Below are positions 12,700 through 24,736 of a stretch of 64,000 nucleotides of DNA, piece after piece. Each line of letters begins with the position of its first letter. Positions within the stretch are counted from its first letter, which is position 1. Source of the DNA: Squalus acanthias (taxonomy: Eukaryota); assembly GCA_030390025.1 (NCBI GenBank), contig CM059431.1, positions 123,258,001 to 123,322,000 on the forward strand. Direction: 5' to 3'. A model generated the notes under the pieces. That model made no database searches. It was not told the DNA's origin and was given only the letters and a program-made list of their open reading frames with translations. A program made the position numbers and the translations under genes.

Positions 12700-13510
12700 C
12701 ACCAATACGTGCAAGCAGTCCAGAGCATAAATCACCAAAGCCAACAGAATGTTGAACAACATAGCCAAAAAGATCAAGTACAAGTCAGTGGACGTTGTGG
12801 TCAAACTGTACAGACAAGCTGCATCTAGAGTACTCTGTCCAACTCTGTCGACATTCAAGCCCTCGTTTACAGAGAAGAGCCATAAGGTTGATCCTCAGGC
12901 CCCAATTTTAACACCCCCACCTGGGAAAACTGGACTGGTCGGGCATTTAAAATGAGAACAGTCACTTAACCCCTCTGATCCCGCTGTCTTCTCGCCGTGA
13001 CCCAATCTTAATCAGCTCTTTTGAGCAGGTGAGGGGGGTCACCCGCAAGAAGGCAGAGGGGTCCTTCTTTAAATATGCTTATTGGATCTGAAGATGTAAT
13101 CAGGACCCAATCTATTTGGGGGCCTGAGCAGGTCAGCAGTGATGTTCTCACAGATCCCAGGCTGCGGCCTCTTGCCACCAAACTCCTGCTCCCGCCAGCA
13201 GCCCAGGTCATGGTTCTGGCCAGGTTTGGACAAGACTCCAGGAACATTTATTCAAATGAGGCCTGGCCAGACTCCACGTCACCGGATTCCCCGGGTGCGC
13301 TGGCCGCTTCAGGGTTCCCTTTAGAATCAGGGCCTCAGTGTCGGGTCCGAGTTAGAAGACTGAAGATTTTGGGGTATTTCAGCCTGGAAAAGAGACAACT
13401 GAGAGGTGGTTTCATGCAGCTTTAATCTGGTACACTATTTTAAATTAGACTCTGGGAGTACGACAAAGGCTTACAGGTTCAAACTAATAAAAGGTCATTT
13501 TCGGACTGTT
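12700..13510 (+). mobile_element. Old CR1 3' fragment, split by a MITE
   Basis: Degenerate KANRML...VVVKLY (12740-12810) and LGYFSLEKRQLRG (13368-13406). Confidence 0.6.
12898..13334. mobile_element. Harbinger-type MITE
   Basis: TIRs GGCCCCAATTTTAA / TTAGAATCAGGGCC; TSD TCA. Confidence 0.75.
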
Positions 13511-13520
13511 TTAAGATCTC

Positions 13521-13976
13521 AGCCTTGGTTCAGTGATAGCACTCTCACTTCTGAGACAGAAGATTGTGAATTCATAGTCCCACTCCAGAGATTTGAACAG
13601 ATAATCTAGGCAGACACTTTAGTGGAGTACCGAGGGAGTGCTTTATTGTCGGAATTGCAGTCTTAAGGATGAGACATTAAACCAAGACTCTGTCTGCCCT
13701 CTCAGGTGAACATAGAAGATCACATGGCACTATTTGAAAAAGAGCAGGGGTGCTCTTGTGTCCTGACTAAAATTTATCCCTCAACCAACATCACTAAAAC
13801 AGATTATCTGATCATTTATCTCATTGCTGTTTGCGGGACCTTGCTGTGCATAATTTGGCTGCTGCATTTCATTACATTACAACAGTGATAACACTTCAAA
13901 AAATATTTTGTTGGCTGTAAGGCACATTGGGTTGTCCTTTTATCACAAAAGGTGCTATATAAATGCAAGTTCTTTC
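13521..13976 (+). mobile_element. SacSINE1-like DeuSINE (tRNA head, Deu-like core, L2-type tail)
   Basis: Degenerate box A/B head, core TTGCTGTTTGCGGGACCTTGCTGTGC, and tail GCTATATAAATGCAAGT shared with the L2 3' end at 31820-31845. Confidence 0.8.
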
Positions 13977-14492
13977 AAACAGGAAATTCTTCTTCTGTTC
14001 CATTTAGAATGGTCTTCCAAGCAGATTGGTGAAGTTGAAAACCCTGGGATTATTCAAGGAGGAATTAAAGGCTGCACTGGTGGGGATATCTGTCCCATTG
14101 AATATGTTAGGTTTGCAAAACAAGCAATTTTATAAAATTATAGTGACGATAGAGGGTATATATCTTAATAAAACGAAATCTGTACCTATATGGAGCATTT
14201 TTATTAAATGAATTACTTTGGTAATGTTTTAAATAACTGACTAATTTCATCACTTAATGATGGGAACTTTTAAGTGTAGAATTTAATAAGGAGTGCCTTC
14301 ATTCATATTCCTACCATGAAGATTCTGCATGTGTTAAAGATAATGAGCATTTGTGCAGAAAATGAATAAATGCTTACAAAAATGGAATGAAAGTTGATGT
14401 AAACTTGCAGCAAGCAAACTTATTAAGTACTTTTGCGAGAATGTGCAATCTATTTCTGGTGCTATTACCTGGGATGAATCTGGAAACTTGCA

Positions 14493-15118
14493 AGCCTAGA
14501 AATTGGGTCATGTAGCGCCTATTTTTCAGGCGCTACACGGCCTCCTAAGTCCCCAGATTGGCAGGTTGGCAGCCATATTGGGTAAGGACAAACAAGAGGC
14601 ATTCTTTACTCACGTCTGAAGCAGGCATTAGGCCCTTTACATATGGAAATAAGGGACCTGTTTCAGGTCCCCACTGCAAACATTGATTTGCCCTGAGGCA
14701 ATGCTGGCTGCACTCAGAAACCAATCCTAAGGATCGCCTGCAAAAAAAAGTAAATTGCTTACTTGGAAAGCACCATCCCAATTGCTGCCACCCCTGGCTC
14801 CCCAGGCCTAAAATCCCCGACCTCTGACCTCCAATCGCCCTCCCCGCAGTCTCCCTTCCCGCCGCCCCCCCCAACCCCACCCGCCGCGAGATCACTGACC
14901 TCCAGACCGCTGCTGGCTGTCGCTTCCCCCCCCACCGCTCCACCCTCCGCCAATCGCTCCCCTCAAGACACACACTCGCCCTCTCGAGGCCATCACTGCA
15001 GCGCCGTCTCTATGGGAATGAGGTTCAAGGCCCAATATCAGGGATTCAATGGACCTCACCATTTGGCCGCAGTGTAACTGCCCTGCACGGGAGGGCAGCA
15101 CTCCCGAATTTCTAGCCA
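14493..15118. mobile_element. Harbinger-type MITE (GGCCTAGAAATT family)
   Basis: TIRs AGCCTAGAAATT / AATTTCTAGCCA; TSD GCA; homologous to 56544-57375. Confidence 0.72.
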
Positions 15119-16269
15119 GCAATCTGCAAGTGGGAGACTGCAGCAACGTTGTGCGTATCCGCTGGCTTTGTAAGATTCTGGTAGCTTGTTTTGTTAGTTG
15201 CAGAGTTTGAGAGATTGAATTGTTCTTGTCGGTTTGCCACAATTTCATTTTGTATGAAAATAAAGAAATGGGGATAAGCCACAGCTGACTCTCTCATTTT
15301 GTTTTTTTCTGCTTTCAAGAGCAGTTTAAGTTAAAGCCTCAGTGAAAACATCTTTTAAGTTTAGAAGAATGGAAACAAAGCTGCAGATACCATAAATACC
15401 CCAGCCACCAGGGGTGCTCATGCGGTTTGCAGGATGTACAGATTTAGAAGTCTCTGGAGCCCATTGTAAACTTGGTGCACATAGCAATTATTTGTCCTGG
15501 ATGGCACAGTGCTATTTTATTCTTCAGATAATGGACTTTTTTGCAGAAACAAGCACTGCCAACATATTCATAGCAGTCCTGTCAGTCTTTTATATGGCAG
15601 AAGACAGGTAGAAGTCAATATTTAAAAAATGAATAATGCCCTAAATGTAATTAGAGAGACACTTGCAAATTTAAATCTTTCTCAAGTATTTTCCATTAAT
15701 GTTGCAATATATTGCCTTAAAAATAAAATTTTGTGGCAAATTTCATTACAAGTGAGATCTGTGGCTACAGCTGCTATAAATATTGTGTCACCTCTGCTTT
15801 TCGTGATATAGCTCAATCTTCATTACTCTCTGATCTTCTTCTGGATCCATACAATATAAACGATATAAACTCAAAGTGAGCGTTATTGCAAGAGCCTATT
15901 GTAGTAATTCAGCCACCTGCCTTGTGTCATGTAGACAGCAATTTGCATTGCACATCGAGTTTGCTATTATAGAATTAATGTTTGTTTTTTTGATTAAGTT
16001 TACATTTTTTGTTTCCTTTGCCTTGAAATGACACCATGGGATGCCAGTATATGATAGCTCAGAACTGTTCATCTGAAATTCCTGTCTCCGCTACTTTCGC
16101 AAAAGTGTTAACCTATTAAAATACCGGAGAGAGGAATGTCAGACAATGTGGTAGTATCCCATGGCACCAACTTAGAGCTCTTGTCAAATGTTCGTTTATC
16201 TATTAATATTTATTACTTGTGAAAGAAAATTCAGATTAGGTGAGGACAATCAAATAATAGCAAGTAGGC

Positions 16270-16830
16270 TGTCCTGAGAGCACAGCTGGTAAGCATTGCC
16301 GAACTGTTAAACTGAATCATAAAGATTGAGTTAAAGAATATCAGCCAAGGCAGCAGCTGGGTCACTTCCATTGATCCCAGTGCCCTGAATTATTATCCAG
16401 TGACGTCTGCTGGAAAATGCATGTTTGTGGATATTTGGTGAGGGTAGGGTTGAGATCACCCATGATACTCCCCATGGTTGGCTAGCCTGCAGACACTCAG
16501 GGGTAGATTTTCATCTTCGTTGCCTCGGCAGTATTCTGGCAGAATGGATTGCCCACCTCCTATTGCAACCGTTCAATTTTCATTCTATTGAAATCAATGG
16601 AATGAAAAGTGTGTGTGTGTGTGTGTGTGGTGGGGGGTGGGGTGTTCTATAACAGACAGGCAATCCTCTCTGATAGATTGCCGCCCGGTGGCAATGCTGA
16701 AAATCTAACCCTCACAGCATTCCCTCTAAAGTGAAGAATCGCCAATTGGTTAAGGTACTGGAGGATGGTCAGTGTCTCTGGAGCCATACCTCAGTGCAAG
16801 TCCACAAGAGAAATGGGGAGAAAATAATTT
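16270..16830 (+). mobile_element. Old unassigned SINE-like repeat; relatives at ~22890-23080 (-) and ~38245-39240 (+)
   Basis: Shared blocks such as CCAGTGAC..CTGCTGGAAA and AGGTAC...GGAGCCATAC across the three loci. Degenerate tRNA-like head. Confidence 0.45.
16500..16711. mobile_element. Palindromic hairpin MITE with an internal (GT)n tract
   Basis: TIRs GGGGTAGATTTTCA / TGAAAATCTAACCC; TSD TCA; central CATTCTATTGAAATCAATGGAATG. Confidence 0.75.
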
Positions 16831-16868
16831 TTTTTTAAAATACCATGAGAAGGTCTTTAAAAAGTATA

Positions 16869-19800
16869 AGAACATAAGAACATAAGAAATAGGAACAGGA
16901 GTAGGCCAATTGGCCCCTCGAGCCTGCTCCGCCATTCAATAAGATCATGGCTGATCTGATCCTAACCTCAAATCACAGGGCCTTGACCGATCCGAACTCA
17001 GTCTCATGTCCAATTTCCTGCCCGCTCCCCGTAACCCCTAATTCCCTTTACCTCTAGGAAACTGTCTATTTCTGTTTTAAATTTATTTAATGATGTAGCT
17101 TCCACAGCTTCCTGGGGCAGCAAATTCCACAGACCTACTACCCTCTGAGTGAAGAAGTTTCTCCTCATCTCAGTTTTGAAAGAGCAGCCCCTTATTCTAA
17201 GATTATGCCCCCTAGTTCTAGTTTCACCCATCCTTGGTAACATCCTTACCACATCCACCCGATCAAGCCCCTTCACAGTCTTATATGTTTCAATAAGATC
17301 GCCTCTCATTCTTCTGAACTCCAATGAGTAGAGTCCCAATCTACTCAACCTCTCCTCATATGTCCACCCCCTCATCCCCGGGATTAACCGAGTGAACCTT
17401 CTTTGTAATGCCTCGAGAGCAAGTATGTCTTTTCTTAAGTATGGACACCAAAACTGTATGCAGTATTCCAGGTGCGGTCTCACCAATACCTTATATAACT
17501 GCAGCAATACCTCCCTGTTTTTATAATCTATCCCCCTAGCAATAAAAGTCAACATTCCATTGGCCTTCTTGATCACCTGCTGCACCTGCATACTAACTTT
17601 TTGATTTTCTTGCACTAGGACCCCAGATCCCTTTGTACTGCAGTACTTTCCAGTTTCTCGCCATTAAGATAATAACTTGCTCTCTGATTTTTCCTGCCAA
17701 AGTGCATAACCTCACATTTTCCAATATTGTAATGCATCTGCCAAATCTCCGCCCACTCACCCAGCCTGTCTATATCCCCTTGTAGGTTTTTTATGTCCTC
17801 CTCACTTTCTACTTTCCCTCCCATCTTTGTATCATCTGCAAACTTTGATATCTTACACTCGGTCCCCTCCTCCAAATCGTTGATATAGATTGTAAAGAGT
17901 TGGGGACCCAGCACCGACCCCTGCGGAACACCACTGGCTACTGGTTGCCAATCTGAGAATGAACCATTTATCCCAACTCTCTGCTTCCTGATAGATAACC
18001 AATCCTCCACCCATGCCAGAATATTACCCCCAATCCAGTGATTTTTTATCTTGAGCAATAATCTTTTATGTGGCACCTTGTCGAATGCCTTCTGGAAGTC
18101 TAACTACACTACGTCCACTGGTTCCCCTTTATCCACCCTGTACGTTATGTCCTCAAAGAACTCAAGCAAATTTGTCAGTCATGACTTCCCCTTCATAAAG
18201 CCATGCTGACTTTGTCCTATTAAATTATGTTTATCTAAATGTTCCGTTACTGTCTCCTTAATAATAGACTCCAAAATTTTACCCACCACAGATGTTAGGC
18301 TAACTGGTCTATAATTTCCAGTCTTCTGCCTACTACCCTTTTTAAATAAGAGTGTTACATTAGCAGTTTTCCAATCTGCCGGGACCTTTGCTGAGTCCAG
18401 GGAATTTTGGAAAATTATTACCAAAGCATCCACAATCCCTACTGCCACTTCCCTCAAGACCCTAGGATGTAAGCCATCAGGTCCAGGGGATTTATCCACC
18501 TTGAGTCCCATTATTTTACTGAGTACCAATTCCTTAGTGATTTTAATCATATTTAGCTCCTCCCCCCCTAGAGCCCCCTGTTTGTCCAGTGTTGGGATAT
18601 TCTTAGTGTCCTCTACCGTAAAGACTGAAACAAAATATTTATTCAGCATTTTTGCCATCTCCATGTTTCCCACCTTTTATTTCCCGGTCTCATCCTCTAA
18701 GGGACCTACGTTTGCCTTAGCCACCCTTTTTCTTTTTATATAACTATAGAAACTCTTGCTATCTGTTTTTATATTTTTTGCTAAATTATTTTCATAATCT
18801 ATCTTCCCTTCCTTAATCAATCCTTTAGTTACTTTTTGCTGTCTTTTGAAGACTTCCCAATCTTCTATCCTCCCACTAATTTTGGCTACCTTATATGTCC
18901 TTGTTTTTAGTCGGATACTATCCTTAATTTCTTTACTTAGCCACGGATGGCTGTCATTTCTTTTACACCCTTTTTTCCTCAGTGGAATATATATTTTTTG
19001 AAAGTTGTAAAATAACTCCTTAAATGAACACCACTGCTCATGTACCGTCTTACCCTTTAATCTATTTTTCCAGTCCACTTTAATCAATTCTGCTCTCATA
19101 CCATCATAGTCTCCTTTATTCAAGCTCAGTACGCTTGGTTGAGAACCAACCTTCTCACCCTCTAATTGGATATGGAATTCAACCATGTTATGGTCACTCA
19201 TTCCAAGGGGATCCTTAATGAGGACATTATTAATTAATCCTGACTCATTACACAGGACCAGGTCCAAGGTTGCTTGCCCCCTTGTAGGATCAGTTACATA
19301 CTGCTCAAGAAATCCATCCCTAATACACTCAATAAACTCTTCCTCAAGGCTGCCCTGCCCAATTTGATTTGTCCAGTTAATATGATAGTTAAAATCCCCC
19401 ATAATTATAGCTGTTCCCTTATTACATGCCCCAACTATTTCCTGATTAATACTTCTTCCAGCAGAGTTGCAACTATTAGGAGGCCTATATACTACTCCCA
19501 CTAGTGCTTTTTCCCCCTTATTATTCCTTATCTCCACCCAAATTGTTTCATTATCCTGATCCTTTGACCCAATATTATTTCTCTGTATTACAGTGATTCC
19601 TTCCTTTATTAACATAGCCACCCCACCTCCCCTTCCTTCCTGCCTGTCCTTCCTGATTGTTAAATACCCTGGCATATTTAATTCCCAGTCGTTGTCACCC
19701 TGCAGCCATGTTTCTGTAATGGCCACAAGATCATACCCATACGTAGTTATTTGTGCCGTTAACTCGTCCATTTTGTTAAGAATGCTACATGCATTCAGAT

Positions 19801-19993
19801 AAAGAACTTTCAAATATGTTTTGTGACACTTAGTTCCTGCTTTTTCCTTTTTTAACACTTTACCTTTTACTCCATACCTTCTGTCCCTTCCTGACACGCT
19901 TTCCTCTGTCTCCCTGCTGAGGTGCCCAACCCCCTGCCACTTTAGTTTAAACCCTCCCCAACAGTACTTGCAAACACTCCCCCTAGGACAGCG
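16869..19993 (-). mobile_element. CR1 LINE, essentially complete ORF2 (APE endonuclease + RT) and 3' UTR
   Basis: Motifs YLNACS, AITETWL, VVYRPP, IMGDFN, SDHN, GVPQGSVLGP and FADD. Two in-frame stops (18677, 18179) and a frameshift near 17620. (TTCTTATG)n tail. Possible TSD GTATA. Confidence 0.95.
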
Positions 19994-20612
19994 GTATATT
20001 TTCACAATTCTGTCTAAAATATAATGAAATTCATTACCATGGAAATCACTGTCGTCGTGATCATTTTCAAAATAATATTTTTTTGTGCCTTGTATAAAGC
20101 CAGTGATAGCCGCTCAACACGAAATTGCTTAGTGTGATCGGCTCCTACCCACTTGACTCCATTTATGAACAGGTTTTTTACAATGATTTCCACGTTTGAT
20201 TGGTTTCTATTCAGACATGGCAGGCGTATGTAAGTGGGTGAGTTTAGAGACCAATTAAATATGCACAGTGAGAGGAGTACAATTATATACAATATAACAG
20301 TCAGCTGAATGAAAATGACAACTAGAAACTCCAAATTGAACCTCATTGAAGTCTGCCAATAATTGCAAGTCCCCACACTCTGATGTAGAAGGAAGGTCAG
20401 AAGAACCGAACAAATAGAGTGTGGAACCACGTACATCTTCTCACTTGTGTGTACTTGGACCTTTATCAGCATGGCATAATCAATGAAAGATATTGTAAAA
20501 TAAAACCTCTCAAATATGTTTGTGTGTGTGTATCTATAATATAGATATGCATAAGGTGCACACTTCTTATCCATGGTAAATTTATTTCATGTCTTACAAT
20601 TCTTGTGTCATA

Positions 20613-21090
20613 GGGGGAGAAATTCAATTTATGGCTGCCCATTTTGCACCCATAAAATGGATGTTAGGCATCCAAAATCTGCATTGTGGTCTGTCCCACC
20701 CAATCTGGACGCAAAATACGCCAAACTTTATTGGCTTGGGTAATTTTTAGTTGTCCAGGACGCCCTGTCCTGCTCCTCCTAGCCTCACAAAGGAAAGTAA
20801 AAACTTTACCTAGATGAAACCATCAGCTTCCTGATCCTCTTCATGCTGGCCTTCACCTGTCTCGAAGGCCATTGCGGTCTTCCAGCACAGGCCAAAGTTC
20901 AAATCGCTGTTAGGGCCTGATGACATCATCAGATCCTGAATAAGATATGTGAATTAGGACCCCACTGCTTTAGGGAACGCCACCTGTCCAGAATTGTCTG
21001 TTAAAATCGTAAATGGTAGAGTCTAGGTGACTTTCCGATGGGTGAGTAACGAGGGGCACTTTAACTGTCTGCCCACCTGGTTTCCACCAC
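20613..21090. mobile_element. Truncated Harbinger-type non-autonomous element
   Basis: Left end GGGGGAGAAATTC is identical to the H1/H4 TIR core; no right TIR found. Confidence 0.5.
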
Positions 21091-21092
21091 GC

Positions 21093-21327
21093 TATGGCTC
21101 AGTGGTAGAACTCTCGCCTCTGAGTCAGAAGGTTGTGGATTCTAAATCCCACCCAAGGGCTAGAGCATAAATCTAGGCTGGCACACCAGTGTAGTACTGA
21201 GGGAGTGCTACACTGTCAGATGTTCAAGAAGGCGGCTCACCACCATCTTTTCAAGGGCAATTAGGGATGGCCAAAAATGCTGGACTTGCCAGCAACGCCC
21301 ACATCCCAGGAATGAATAAAAAAAACA
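21093..21327 (+). mobile_element. SacSINE1-like head joined to the 3' tail of the second CR1-group LINE family
   Basis: Head TGGCTCAGTGGTAG..CTCTGAGTCAGAAGG runs to 21221, then GTTCAAGAAGGCGGCTCACCACC...AATAAA-polyA, matching the tail at 55752-55870. Confidence 0.75.
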
Positions 21328-21481
21328 TAAGACTTTAAATACATTACCAGCAGATCTTCTGCGGTTTTGCAGATAGTGGCACAGAGGAGCCCGACCATCT
21401 CATCACTTTCTCTCTCTCTCCCAGGCAGTCTCACTCTCCCAGTTCCTCCTGTATCCCTCTCTCCCTGCGTATCTTGCTGTG

Positions 21482-21688
21482 TCCCTAAGACCTCTCCGCC
21501 TTTCTACCTCTCTCTCCTCCTTCAAGACGCTCCTTAAAACCTAACTCTTTGACCAAGCTTTTGGCCACCTGTCTTAGTATCTCCTCATGTGGCTCGTTGT
21601 TAAATTTTGTTTGCTAACTGTCCTGTGTAGTGCCATGGAACGTTTTACTAAGTTAAAGTTGCTATAAAATGCAAGTTGTTGTTGTTAT
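21482..21688 (+). mobile_element. L2 LINE 3' end
   Basis: Matches the reverse complement of 31812-32020; ends in (GTT)n. Confidence 0.75.
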
Positions 21689-23171
21689 TATTTGTCTTTA
21701 CCAGCTCACAATCTCTCTTTCCTCATTTCTCTATTTCTCTTTGTCCCATCTCTTCACCTGATCTCTGCTCATCTCAGGTAAAATTGAAATGGTTGGGACA
21801 GCCAAAGAGATGGGACTAAGTCAGGAATTGCCAGGAGAACCAAACAGTTTAGGGCAGGTCATGATGATGGAAGAAACATTTTAAATGACGAGGACAACTA
21901 AAGATGCAAGAACAGGCCAGGATGGCCAAAAAAAATAAAAATGGAGAGGCATAGGCAAATCTGGATGATGAAGAAAAAGGTTGACGTGGCCTTGACACTT
22001 GAAGAGGCAGATGTTGTCCAGGGCAACTGAGGGATCAAGGAAGTGAGGGTAAAGCAGGAAGTGGGCAGGAAGGCTAGTGGAGCCCAAGAAAGGTGGCAGA
22101 GAAGAGGGTAAGTAAATAAAGTTAAATTAATAAAATCAGCTTACTTTAGTGACTCTTAAAGGTTAAATTAATAAAACCTGCCTATAGCACCACCTAGAGA
22201 ATGGGAGAGACGCAGTTTAATGATGCAACAATGCAGTGTAGTATTGAAAAACTGTAAGGTAAGTATTCAACATAAATACCTCAAAGTTTATCGATGTTGG
22301 TTAAAATTTACAGCGTGACAGTTGACATATTATAGTTATGGAAGTATTGGAGGAGTGAACATTGCAAGTTTATCACACTTAAGGTGATGATTATCAATTC
22401 TCTTCATAAATTATGGGAATACAAAGATGTGACTGAAAAATCACAACAGAGGTAAAGCCTAGGAAGATGACCTCTGATGGTGTGCGCAGTACTGATGAGC
22501 CTGCAGCCTAAACAGTCACCCAACTCAGGCATTTTCAACAACCTAACCCTTTCGAAGATCTTCAATAGATCTAAGCATTAATAATATGTGCCTTCATAAT
22601 TATTTATGCCATCCATAATATTAATAGAAACCTGCTTAACTACAAGGGTAAATAGAATGTAATTGCTTCATGGACATTCAGAATAAGGACACTGCAATTC
22701 CCTAGTAAAACACAGCTTGTACAAACTATAACCAAAGAAGCTCCCAGAATCCATTGATTTCCCAATAGACTATGGGATTAGTAAAAGTAACAATTTACTA
22801 ATAACCTGGGTGTGACCCAAATCTTAATCAAGCGCAAAACCAAAAATATCAGTACACAGACCAAGTAACAAATTTTGTTTCGTATTTTTTCCTTATTTTT
22901 CTCCCCTCCTCTTCTGAAAGTGCTGGCTTCTGCTGGGTATTGGCTCCACAGCCATAGGTATCCTCCCACTCCTCACCCAAGTGAGCATCTCTCATTTGTG
23001 AGTCGAGAAATGAGTCCAATCCTGTCCTTGCTCGATATCCATATATGTGTACTGTCACTGGATAGTGTTCAGGTGTAGGGACATGACTGTTTTTCCCCTC
23101 CCTAGTACCCTCTCACTACCACCACCCCGGCTGAGATCATAACTGAGCATAGACCATGAACTGAACTCAGG

Positions 23172-24337
23172 AGCCTCGATATTAAGCCCCCCAGGACCAG
23201 CGGGGGAGGGTCGGGGGTGGGGAGGGGAAGATATTAAAGACGTAAATACTTGGAACATGACCCAACATGCTTTTTAACGGCAGCGTCTATCGGGGTGTCC
23301 GAGTGTCCCGCAGTGGAAAAGCGTGACACTTCTTTAACATATTTAAATTGGCCTCCTTTAAATTGGAATCCAATTTAAAACTCACTGCTGCTGTGTGGGT
23401 TTTCCAGGGTTTGGGAAACTTGGCAGTGAAGGGGAGGTGGGAGCTGCCAGCTCCACAAGGTGAGTGCCTCTTTCAGCACTCCTTGTCTGCTGGGAGGAGC
23501 AGGAGTATTTCCCCCAGGCCCCTCAAGTAAGCGTTCGGCCTCCCCTAGCCCCGATCGCATCCTATCTCTCCCCCCTGCCGATCACGACCACTCTCTCTCC
23601 CCCGCCCTTCCCGACAATGGTCTCTCTCTCCCCCTGCTGATTGCAGACACTCTCTCCCCCCTCGCCAATCGTGTCTCATCTCTACCCCATACCGATCACG
23701 ACCACTCTCTCTCCCCCGCCCTTCCCGACCATGGTCTCTCTCTTCCCCTGCCGATTGCGGCCTTTCTCTACCCTGCAAATAGTGTTCCATCCCTCCCCCA
23801 CTCCTGATCACGGTCTCTCTCTCCCCTCTGCCAATTCCCGACTCTCTCTCTACCCTGCAGATAGTGTTCTCTCCCTCCCCCAGTACTGATCACGGCCTAT
23901 CTCTCCCCTCTGCCGATTCTGGCCTCTCTCACTACTCTGCAGATAGTGTTCCATCCCTCCCCTATTCCTGATCACGGCCTATCTCTCCCCTCTGCCGATT
24001 CCGGCCTCTCTCTACTCTGCAGATAGTGTTCTCTCCCTCCCCCACTCCTGATCACGGCCTATCTCTCCCCCCTGCCGATTGCGGCCTCTCTCCCTCCCTC
24101 CCGATCACGGCCCCCACCCCCCCTCCCGATTGCTGGGGACTGGCCGCCTGCGGCCTTCTGCCACTGGTGATCCCTCCCTGCTGCTGGCCTGGCTGTCTAT
24201 TTGGTCGGAAATAAAAAATGTTAATGAGGTGTTACCATTAAGTTCGGCAAGACCTCCGCTTCCCCGGCCTTGCTGGGTTTTTCATCCGTTTTCGCCGTCC
24301 CCTGCATTCTCCCCACCTCCCCATAAATATCAGGGCC
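23172..24337. mobile_element. Harbinger-type MITE with an internal minisatellite
   Basis: TIRs AGCCTCGATATT / AATATCAGGGCC; TSD AGG. Confidence 0.7.
23547..24132. repeat. Pyrimidine-rich minisatellite, ~27-bp subunits in an ~81-bp higher-order unit
   Basis: TGATCACGG recurs at 23805, 23887, 23969 and 24049. Confidence 0.85.
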
Positions 24338-24736
24338 AGGATCTTCCTGGATGCCCTAGTTTTATACTGGCCAGTGCTTTTATCAAGGGAAGTATTGGAG
24401 GAGTTAACATTGCAAATTTCTCACACTTATGGTGATGATTATCAATTCTATTCATTGGCCGCAATTTTGCCTACCTGTGCGGGTTCATGGTGGGTGAGTG
24501 TGTTGGTGGGTTACGACTCCGCTGCTAAATTGATCCCGCTGAGAGAAAAGATTTTCCAGTAATTGGCCTTGCTAGGCCCGCCCTGCGCGTTACCCGACCC
24601 AATTACAAGGTGCAGGTCTGGTGACGTCACCTGATGGCACTTTTGTTGCCGGTATATTTAAAGGGGCCATGGCCCCATTTGCTCTTACTTGTCATTTCAA
24701 GGGCTTCAGTGCTGCAGGTATCATAATCAGTGAAGA

